Below are positions 12,417 to 21,946 of a stretch of 64,000 nt of DNA, piece by piece; the stretch's first letter is position 1, and every line of letters begins with the position of its first letter. The stretch is from Catajapyx aquilonaris (taxonomy: Eukaryota). Below the pieces are notes generated by a model. That model saw only the letters and a list, made by a program, of their open reading frames with translations, searched no databases and was not told the origin of the DNA. The stretch lies in the NCBI GenBank assembly GCA_000934665.2, contig JYFJ02000123.1, forward strand, positions 1-64,000. Direction: 5' to 3'. The translations under genes were made by a program, and so were the position numbers.

Positions 12417-12431
12417 AATAAAAATTTTATT
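12417..12431. terminator. Opposed poly(A) signals (AATAAA on + at 12417-12422; AATAAA on - at 12431-12426)
   Basis: These are the first canonical hexamers downstream of the DHX36 stop and the OTUD3 stop respectively. Confidence 0.5.
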
Positions 12432-13253
12432 TACATCAGTTATGTTCAACAAAAAAACATAAGTAATGCTGATAAATTAATGATCTCTTTCAACAGGATG
12501 CAGTGAATCTTTCTCACCTACAGAACTGCTTCGGTTCATAGTCAGTATTAATACCATATTTTGTCATGATCCATGTAGACAAGTCTCTACGGACTGGACC
12601 ACATGGTTTAAAAAGAAAAGTCCAGAAATTAAATCTTTGACGACTCACACTTGGTTTGAACGTGTTATTCTGCTCCGTCTATCTCTCTCCTAATATTCTT
12701 TTACAGTGCAACCTCTCTTATCAATATTCAAGCTGGTGTTGCTTGATTACGACTGAAGCAGCAGAGAATTACCAAATGTAATTTTTTTTTTTTTGTGAGA
12801 TTAATGGCCTACATTAAATATTTTTCAATCTGTATGTACCAAAAATTGGCTGCTCAGCATTGGTCAAATTTTTGAACCTTGGAAAATTTTTAACCAACAA
12901 TTCAGCCGAAGTCTTCGTACAAGACTTATTTGGTTACAGAACTTTCATCATAAAGAGGAGTCACTTTTGCATTGTTATCTATTTACTAATTCATGTTCTT
13001 TGTGGGAGGGAAGATCTGTGAAACATTTTTTTTTTTTTCAAGTATTTTTGTTTTGGTTTTAAATACATAATTATTATCTGGGAGACATCTGACCTCAGGC
13101 ACTCTAGGTCACAAGCACATCACATCTACACACATGCACACGCACACTCAAGTCTAGGTTACCAGGGGTAGACCAACTGAGGTTCAGGGCGAGGGAGAAA
13201 GAAACAATCAATTACGGATTCCTATCTGAGGGGTGTCATACCCCTCCTCCCCA

Positions 13254-13564
13254 CTATATACTGAGGCACTCGACATTTTTGACAACAACAGTGGTGTCAT
13301 CGTCACTCGAGCTACTGGTGCTTAGGTCGGCCGAGCTGGTGAGCTGACAACCCTGTAGCTGCTGTCGTTTCCTCTCATCAATGTCCCGCTTCTTGAGGTC
13401 CCTTTTCTGTCTGTTTGAGAGCTGCTGCCTCTGTTGCAACCTGCGAAGAGTTCGCTCCTGGAGGACATTGTTCGCCTTGGGTTTGGCACCCTCCATTTTA
13501 GCTGCTACCTCAGACCCAAATATACGTGTCCCAGAGCCATTTGGGCCCCACAAGGAGGAGCATT
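13254..13564 (-). CDS. OTUD3: OTUD3 last coding exon
   Basis: Acceptor ttttccag; runs [12 protein letters not shown]...VECLSI*; TAG at 13256-13254. Confidence 0.88.
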
Positions 13565-16538
13565 CTGGAAAACAACAACACTAATGAACGTGCCAGATAT
13601 CCAGCAACTGCTATTGTCATTAATTACATTGGTTATCATCACCCAACTTGAATGGCCACATTCAGCACTAATCACCAACCAAGACTTGCCATAAGCAGCT
13701 CACTGGTGATTATAACACTTTCCCACCAGACATACTTCATCCGATTCATCAATCGATAAAATTTAAGATTGTATGGAAGCATTTTGCCCCGCTTACTAAA
13801 GTGTACAGTTGCGAGCATAAAGATGCGGATGGAAATAATAATAATGGATACCCTGTGATAGGCTTTCTTGGGCCTCTTAGGGGATCATCTTTTGAATACC
13901 TGACTTTAATCATTTGCCTGTACTCCGATGGGTTTTGATAGTGGGAGGAAAAGGGAGAGCCCCGAAAAAACCCACACGGGAAGAGAGAACCGAACCAAAC
14001 TCTTTCCCCAAGTATCCTCTGTCCAACCTGGGGATCGAACGCGGGACCTTGCAGGTGGAAGGCTGTGGAGCTAACCACTACACCACCGTGTCGCCCTCAA
14101 GATGTGGATGGTAGATCAGACGAAGAGCTCTGGTCTACCGTCCACATCTTTATGCTCGTGACCACGGTCATATAAGTAAGGTCTGGTCACTCCCACCCAC
14201 CCCCTGCCGAGGAGTTTTGCAGCGGCTGCTCACCTGAGACCGCCAGGAGACATTTAGGAGGCCACGATAAGTGGCGACCCTACCGGATTAGGCTGAACTT
14301 TATAGGTACGAAAGGGGAGGGCTCAGGAGGGCTACATTGGGGGGCCCAACATGGCCGCCGGCGGCCATGTTGGGCCAGCATGTGGTCCTCCCCTTTCGTA
14401 CCGATAAAGTTCAGCCTAATCCGGTAGGGTCGCCACTTATCGTGGCCTCCTAAATGTCTCCTGGCGGTCTCAGGTGAGCAGCCGCTGCAAAATGCCTTGG
14501 CAAGTGATAACGCCAGAACGTAGTATAAAGGTCTGTTCTCAAAGCAGCGGGTTGGAGCAAAATGTGCGCTTGAAAGCGCCTTGGAGCGGGTGGTTTGCCC
14601 GCTCTGACGTCATTCGAAAGTGGGTAGAGATCAGTAGAGATACACTTGCCAGCTGCTAGGAGCTAGCGGGTGCGATCTACTCCGGGTTGATTTCTACCCA
14701 CTTTGGCCCACCACCCGCTCCATGGGGACCAATCCGGTGGCCCTGTGGGAGTCACGTGGTCACGTGACGTAATCAAGTGGGCTCCGATTCGAATGTTTTG
14801 GAATATGTCACGTGACGTGGTCTTTATTTACTTGAAAATAGTTTACAAAATTGCAGGTGTATTTGGTATTAAATGTCACTATTATGTCATATAAGTTCAT
14901 AGGCAAACGTAATTATTTAAAATATTTTAATTAGCCCGCCGCCGAAAATGGTCTATACGCGCTTACTCTAGCGCGCGCCAGCTACTTCGTGAAGACCATA
15001 ATATTCTCGAGCGGCCAAACCACCCGCTCCAAGGCGCTTGCAAGCGCACGCTTTGCTCCAACCCGCTGCTTTGAGAACGGACCTTAAGTGTCCGTGGGCT
15101 GCTCGTGACTGTACAACTTGAGTACTGGAAAAATGGCCTCATTACAACAGGACCCAAGTGCCCACAATCTATGCACAATACAGATGACTTTTGCTTCACC
15201 TGTGTTCAAATGACGTCACAGGGCAAGCAAGCAATCTTAGCTAACCTGCATTAGCAGACTCCATGAGCGCAACAACCTCAGCTGCATGGTCGGGGCAGTA
15301 GTCCGCTGCAGCCAGAACTTGCCTAACCAGGTCTTGGTCTTCACACCCAGTTTGCTCCATCACTTCTCTCTCTAGAGCGTCAATTTCCCCACTGTCCACC
15401 CCTCCTTCCCCCACTGCGTTCATCTCCCTGCTGGCACCCCCAACCTTGCTGGGCGACTCCTTTGACTTGGCTGGTGACCCTAACCCTGCAGCAGCCAGCA
15501 ACTTGATGTTGGCTGGTGTTTCATTGGCATCTCCTAGCTTCCGGATTGAGTTGTAGTGGTCCCCGTTGTGGTACGCGATGTGGAGCTCCCGGTCGTGGTG
15601 GTGGTGATTGTGGTGATGGTTGTTCTGGTGGTGGTGGTGGTGGTTGTGATGGTGATGGTTGATGCCCTTGCTCAGGTCCACCATGCCGTGTATTTGCCAC
15701 AGTGGGGCATTCAGCTGGTGGATCACCACAGTGGCACAGTGCAGGCGGGCAAAGGCAACAATTGCATCGTTGCCTGCATATGTCCCTGGCTGGGACAGGT
15801 TTGACACTGTGGAGAATAAAACTGATGTTATCCCATGGGGTGAAAATCTATATGTTGTTGTTTTTTGCATTCACTCACAGTCAGTGTCAGAACTCAAATG
15901 CATCTGAACTTTTAATGGTCCTTTCACAGCCTGCATGCATACAGGAAAGCTGTTTCTGAGAGTACAATTATAAACTATTACTGCACCATAATTACTATAA
16001 TTACTATATTGCTGAACAGGTACACACACACACACACAAATCTTGCAACTATCCATTTGGCATGATTTATGATTACACAATAATTTTCCATCAGTGGCCA
16101 ACTCTCACTTGTCAGTGCAACTCTTGATTCAGTTCTTGGTGGCTTTTGCATAATGCTAACAGACTTTCACAAGGAATAAATTACATGCCACAATGTGGAA
16201 AAAAGATCCATGAATTCTCACATTCATCACCAAGCGATTAGTTATGCAAGCTCAATATCGCACTCTTTAAGTTTATTACATGTGCATTACCATGCTTGTC
16301 AAAGGGAACATCATCTTCTACAAATGGTTCAAAGTCGTCCCGGTGGTCACGCATGAACTGGACTACGTCCTGCCGGTGCTTCAGGTGGTGTCTCATGTGG
16401 CCCTCTAGCTGGTCACCCAGGGCCCGGAACAGGCAATTCCTTTTTTGGTTTAGAAATGAAGCTGTCAGTATTATGTACGCCACAAGATCCTAAAAGATTA
16501 TCCCCTAAAAGGCCCAAGGTGGCCTATCACGGGGTATC

Positions 16539-16592
<54 letters not shown>

Positions 16593-17113
16593 TCCACAAG
16601 ATCCATAAATATCCCCTCGTCAGATAACAGACAATCACATGGCCTAGATTTATAAGTGACTCATGCAGGTTGTATGCAAAATGACACAATACTATCAAGA
16701 CTGAGTGGAAAACCTTAACATTGTCATTATGGTGGTTGCAGCAGTTGTGGTCACTTTGAGAGAAATGTCTATTTTGAAAATTCATAAGTTTGAAAATTGA
16801 AAATAGGCAAAAAAAATAAATTGTGCAAATACTTTCAGAAAGCATCTCTGTTGATTAGGTTCTACCTAGTCCCCAGGACTGGTGCAATGGCAGCAATTAA
16901 AATGAGACTGTCTCAACAGTTCCGCAAATTAATATTTTGAGTACGAAAAGTCCAAACTGACCCATCTCCTGGCACCTCCCTCAAAGTGAGTCCCATGCTG
17001 GCCAACTGGTTGTTCATGCTGACAAAGCCCTCATCTATCCCCGACCGCCCCCGTTGTTTTTTCTTCTTCTGATTCGACGCTTTCGCCTCCTCCTCCTCTC
17101 TCTTCTTGGCCAT
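13254..17113 (-). CDS. OTUD3: OTU domain-containing deubiquitinase OTUD3-like, complement join(17113..16962,16439..16291,15806..15246,13564..13254), 390 aa
   Basis: OTU catalytic motifs VPGDG|NCLFRAL (Cys) and [14 protein letters not shown] (His), plus [12 protein letters not shown] and [14 protein letters not shown] typical of OTUD3. A UBA-like segment ([18 protein letters not shown]), [13 protein letters not shown] and a basic coiled-coil C-terminus follow. Splice phases 2, 1, 1 close in frame. Confidence 0.93.
13833..14098 (-). mobile_element. tRNA-derived SINE with a V-SINE-like central domain and (ATT)n tail
   Basis: Head GGGCGACACGGTGGTGTAGTGGTTAGC (A box) ... GTTCGATCC (B box); central GTGTGGGTTTTTTCGGGGCTCTCCCTTTTCCTCCCAC; ATT-repeat tail; 13-bp TSD aagatgYggatgg at 13820-13832 and 14099-14111. 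Confidence 0.85.
14205..14502. mobile_element. Foldback element/MITE with 106-bp near-perfect inverted arms
   Basis: 14215-14320 is the reverse complement of 14387-14492 with 1 mismatch; there is a central perfect 34-bp palindrome at 14343-14376. Confidence 0.85.
14529..15084. mobile_element. PIF/Harbinger-like MITE with ~76-bp TIRs
   Basis: aggtctgttctcaaagcagcgggttggagc... (14529-14604) is inverted at 15009-15084, with TAA on both flanks. Confidence 0.8.
15246..15806 (-). CDS. OTUD3: OTUD3 coding exon 3 (catalytic His, poly-His insert, UBA-like)
   Basis: Acceptor ctccacag; runs [13 protein letters not shown]...HYNSIR...MESANA; donor gttagc. Confidence 0.92.
16291..16439 (-). CDS. OTUD3: OTUD3 coding exon 2 (catalytic Cys)
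   Basis: Encodes [13 protein letters not shown]...VPFDKH; acceptor aaaag; donor gtaatg. Confidence 0.92.
16492..16591 (+). mobile_element. 5'-truncated copy of the SINE (or partner LINE) 3' end with an expanded (TTA)n tail
   Basis: aaaagattatcccctaaaaggcccaaggtggcctatcacggggtatcca(tta)n matches the SINE 3' end at 13833-13893; 11-bp TSD ccacaagatcc at 16480-16490 and 16594-16604. Confidence 0.85.
16962..17113 (-). CDS. OTUD3: OTUD3 coding exon 1 (MAKKREEEE...EVPGDG)
   Basis: ATG at 17113; donor gtcagt at 16961. The exon probably begins at an acceptor at 17216, so an upstream in-frame start on an earlier exon cannot be excluded. Confidence 0.85.
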
Positions 17114-18387
17114 GTTGCTTAAACTTCTCTCTTCGCTGGTACCAAACTCACCAGTGCTGTGTGACTCTGAGACGTGAACCTTGTGGGGATGTGGTTCCCT
17201 TGAATTGTGTTCAGACCTAAGTGAAAGATAAAAATGACATTTCATCTCCGAACAAATGAAATACTTCAGCTCTGATAATAATGTAAGCCTCGGGAGTTAC
17301 CCATTCTGTGCGCTCTCTATTATTATACCCCTGAAGATCTTTGTAACACGGTCTATTTCTAATCCGTACCTAACATATTAACATGCAAGCACACACATTT
17401 CCTTATTTTACGCTGGCCTAAGATACCTACTATCAGGGGATGGGCATGTAGATTATGGAATGTATACTCGGTTACTAACCTCAAAGTGGGCTCTGAAAAA
17501 ATTGCTCAGAATAATGTGTGTTAAATCTGCCCTTGGGAATAAATTGGGTCTTCCATGAAACAGTAGTAGTACTGTGACTCACTTACGAGGTTATAAAATT
17601 ACTTGTGCATGTGCACAGTGCTTGGCAATTTGCCAATCTGTTTCTGATATGCCGTAATTTTCCACTGCACAAAATTTCATAATCTGTCAATATTATGCTT
17701 TCAATCCTGTCAATTAACTGTGCACGAATCACTGCATTTCAGTGAATTATCATTGGCCAATATGACACAAAATGTTGCAAGCAGTTAGCAGGTGATGCAA
17801 AATATTTGGCAATTGGTTACCTTCAATGTGACAATGTCTAGCTTTAAACAGAGAGTAGGAAAATACGAGAAGTAGCAATCAACCATGATGGTAGCTTGTC
17901 CCGTGAATTTCCCTGCACAAATAACACTTAGTTATGTAATAATTCCACCCACCCAGTGGGTTATGTGACAGCCACCCCTCTGGCTCACAATCTAAACAAA
18001 ACCTTGACCACAATTTCTGGGCCCCCAACCAATCAGCTGATGCCCATCTCATACATAATATCTCACCTACACGAATGTACCAGACCAACTTACACCATTT
18101 CACAACACTCTTCTAAGGCAATGAGTAAAAAAGTTGCATCACATCACTTCAACAACAATACGAACAAAACCCACAGTTCCTTGACAACACACAAAATTAC
18201 ACCATTCTCGATTTCTCGTTTCACAAATACAAACTCCCATTTTAACTAGTTTAACTTAACACGGGGGGGAAAGAGCCCTGGGGTCTGAATCGTTCAAGCA
18301 CCAGATTAACTTTATATTTTATTCTTACTGTTTATTATCAATTTATTATTATATTATTGTTACCCCCTCCATTGCATCTTTTGCATG

Positions 18388-18508
18388 CATGGCCTGACCA
18401 GTCACCAAAAGATTCCATTGTATTGGTCAGATGGCTAGGTGTACTGTGTACATTAGTCATCGCTGGCTACCCCACACTGGGATGAATGCCGTGAGGAAAT
18501 GAATGAAT
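18388..18508 (+). repeat. Dispersed repeat copy 1 (probable SINE/LINE 3' end)
   Basis: Shares ggcctgacca..cacca, cgctggctacccc and gccgtga..aaatga with the reverse complement of 37367-37490; ends in tgaatgaa. Confidence 0.6.
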
Positions 18509-18849
18509 TATTAATTCATTATTTTATTATTGTTACTGTTTATTAATGTATCGTTACTGTTTAATTATTTAATTCTTGCTATTATTATTATTTCATCCTT
18601 ATTGCTCGTTATAAATTTACTGTTATTTTATTCATATGCATGATTAACTTAAATTGCAGCTAGCTGCGCAGGTGCCTGTTGGACAACTGCAGTGAGTTTG
18701 CCCCTACCAATGCAAATATCAGCCATTTAACTTTCAAGCCCCGATCAGTTAACGGTTCATGACATGTCACTGCAAACGGAGCCTTGCGATTAGCTGAATC
18801 CCACTTGAAAGTTGAAACTGGGTCAAATTCAGTGTGGCAGCAGCATCCT

Positions 18850-19700
18850 TACCTTGCCTGGTGCCCAGCTCCTCTCCCGATTCACCCCTTTGGCGGGTAC
18901 CACGTTACATAAGAAGTGTGGGTAAACTGCGCAAAATAGCACAACAAGCAACACGTCCGGCCAAAAGCGGCACCCGTCCCTCCCCTTCTTCCCCTGCCCC
19001 TCGTCCGAAATACCACCCGAGGTTTGAATCTTCCTCTGCTAGGCCTAGTAGTAGTACCTCTATATTATGCGCGACGGGGGATGAGGAGGATTCGTCTCTC
19101 TCTCTCCGTTTGGGGTTCCGGTCTGACGACGTGGACGGGGGCGGCCTCACACACACACCGAGACTCAACTGGCCCTCAACCTGCCCTCTTTTTTGTGTGT
19201 GTGTTGTCGTGCCAATGAGATTTTTGGGAAGGTCGAACTGTTTTTTTTCTTTTCCCCCCAGTCTTTTTTTCCACTGCCTTCCCCCGGAACCAGTGGGCGA
19301 AGGGGAAAGGAGGACGGGGGGAGGGGGAAGGGGGGAAGGTGGGGGGAGGAGGAGGGAGAGTGGCCAACTTCCTGTGCCGAGTGGACATGGTGGCACGGCC
19401 CACTCCCTGTGCTCCCCCTCCTTCCAATATGGCGGCCGGTGTTTGAGATTTGGCGCGGGGAAAGTGGACCAGAGACACCTTGCCTTACCGTACACTGCGC
19501 CTAACCCGAGGGGAGCTGGACTGGCTGGTAGGGAGGGATAGAGTGGGTGAGTGTAGGCCTACGTCTTCCATGATTTTTGTAGGCTCACTGGTAATGGCGC
19601 AGTAGGCAGTATGGCATCCGATGGCGTCGTGTGGTGTCGTTCATTAGTAGGCCTACTACGCGGAGTTGCCCGGTTACTAAATGACTCACATGCGCTCACA
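18850..19700 (-). promoter_or_regulatory. CpG/GC-rich putative promoter and 5'-UTR exon region of OTUD3
   Basis: Locally high GC and CpG; minus-strand donors |gtaagg at 18852 and 19488; a YY1-like aatatggcggc near 19427; an unused acceptor at 17216 needs an upstream exon. Confidence 0.5.
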
Positions 19701-19766
19701 AGTCAGTTGGTCGGAGTGAATATAATAGTTTTGAACTAACATTATTTTTGAACTAACATAAACATT

Positions 19767-19872
19767 GGGCGGAATTTTCGTCCCACTGCTAGTTACTGCT
19801 AACTTAGCAGAGCACCAGCACCGGTACACTGCTACGTTAGCAGTAACTAGCAGTGGGACGAAAATACCACCC
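19767..19872. mobile_element. Palindromic MITE (Harbinger-like GGGYGG termini)
   Basis: 44-bp arms at 19767-19810 and 19829-19872 with 3 mismatches and an 18-nt loop. Confidence 0.75.
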
Positions 19873-21243
19873 GTAGATATTAAACTCCCTGAGGATGTTT
19901 AGGCACAGATGAACTTTGCACGTGCATAGGATTGAAGCAAATATTTTGCCTATTTCATGATTGGCGATTACATTCTCGAGTGTCGAACACACCTTGGGCA
20001 TCGTCATTCGTTGTCGTTTTTCAGTCGGTGTTGTTTTGGATTCATAAAATAATCATCACGTGCTGTGCTGTGCCCGTCGTCGACGACGTGGTGTAGGAAT
20101 CATAATTATGTTGACCTAGGTGTACAATGTACCATAACTTATAACTACAAATGAAGAAGCGCGCGGAAACTTAATTAACAAAATTAATAATAGACCAATA
20201 AATAAAATGCTGCATTTCATTGATTCGACAAGATTGACGTCAGTAACAGTGGGTAAAAATGACCGTCTAAATGGCAACTAATAATGAAAGGCTTGTGACG
20301 CTACTGCCATTCTCTGGTCAGCTCTGGTTGCGTGAGAAATAGTTGTTTATAGATTAAAATGTACTTGTACGGTAGTTTTCCAATTCGCGGAAAATAATTG
20401 AAGTTAAGGTTTGATGGAAGACTGCATTAGTTATGTAGCATGATGGATGGCCTTAATCCATCAATTTTATCGCAAAATTATGTGTTATCTGATTCATCTA
20501 ATAAACATTGTAAGTGGGCCACTGAAAGTGAAGAGCAAATAATGAATAGTTACGAAATGCCAAGTGATCAAAGACAGGCATTCTGTAATGAACATTTGGA
20601 CACCGAATGTCACTAGATCATTATTTAGCGGCTACTTCCTGATAAAAACACTAGCGCATGGATTAAACTTCTCGTGTGAAATCTTACCCAGAATTTGTAA
20701 TTCACATGTGTTCACATGGCTGCACGGGAAAAATAGGTTCCACCCTTGACCTGGATCGTGTCAAAAGGTAATGGATCACGCCCAACAGAGATTTGTTTCA
20801 ATTCAGAGCCTGACCGACTGTTCTGGCCATCATCACTGTTACGAAAATATTCAGTTGCGTTTTCATATTCTATTCTGTTACGCAGACGGCGTAATTAAGA
20901 CCACAAAAGATATAACTTAATCCGGGTTTTAAAAAGTTATACGACAGTCGCCAAGTGTATTTTTATGACGATTTGCTTATGCGTGTCAATGGTGACGTCA
21001 CTCAGCACTAACAAACGTAGGATTATACAGTCATAGTCAAGTAATATCTAGTAAGGTAATTACGCTGATCAATATTCATTGCCTCGCTGACGAATAGCTT
21101 TAATCCATCAAAAGCTGCGGCATATTTCGAAGCATGTTCATCTCTAATTCAACGTTAGTCATGCGTAACATAAAAGGCATATAAGCTCAGCACATTATAA
21201 GTTGCAAGAGAACTTCTAGAAAGTGCATTGGGAGGGCACCAAG

Positions 21244-21946
21244 ATGCCTGTTATAACGTTGGTTACCATTGCTTTCCTAGTGACATTCTGCGATTTCACT
21301 GCAGAGGTGACACTTGTCCATTATTGGCAGAACCACGATGAAGACCTTGCTCTTCTGACCAACGTCACCAGTGAAATACTTGCCAGTTTACCTCCGTGCG
21401 TTTTGATGGTCCACCACCACTATCCAGCCCTGACCCCTGACCTGGAAGTCCTTCTGCGAAACCACCCGCATCCATCCATGAGCTTCGCGGCTGTTCGAAA
21501 AGACCCATCTCTGGACGAATCGTCTGAGGTAAACGCCACTTCATCAATGCGTGCCTTGATCTGGCCAAGTGTGAAGGATGCACCAAACATCGTGGGAATG
21601 TGTGTGTTTCGCCTGGTCATCTTCGATGCAGAGTCATTCGATCTGGTCATGAAAGAGGTCAGCTCGAAGGTTGCTGTCCAGCCTTCAGTCGACTATTTCT
21701 TATTCTGGAATTCCAGTGGAGATGTGAGACCTGCCCTGCTTTCCAGCTGCGGCCAGGTTCTTCGATATAAATTAGGCGCCATTACGACATCTAATGATAT
21801 TAACACATCGAGGCTGACTCTTGTCAGTGTGTGCTTCTTCTGTGACCACGGAGAGCCCGAGGTGGTGACCATATTGGACCACTATGATTATCAGAATGAA
21901 TTCAGACCACAGCTGCTATTCCCAGACTTCGCCAGAAACATGCATG
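21244..21946 (+). CDS. Ionotropic receptor exon 1 (signal peptide and N-terminal region)
   Basis: ATG at 21244; donor g|gtgagc at 21947. Confidence 0.82.

Noticed and set aside
14020..14096. tRNA-like sequence with A and B boxes
   Set aside because: It has no proper acceptor or anticodon stems and continues into a SINE body with tail and TSD, so it is called as a SINE head, not a tRNA gene.
18834..19541. Long ORFs on both strands (235 aa +, 196 aa -)
   Set aside because: Low-complexity products of a GC-rich promoter region, with non-ATG starts and no domain motifs.
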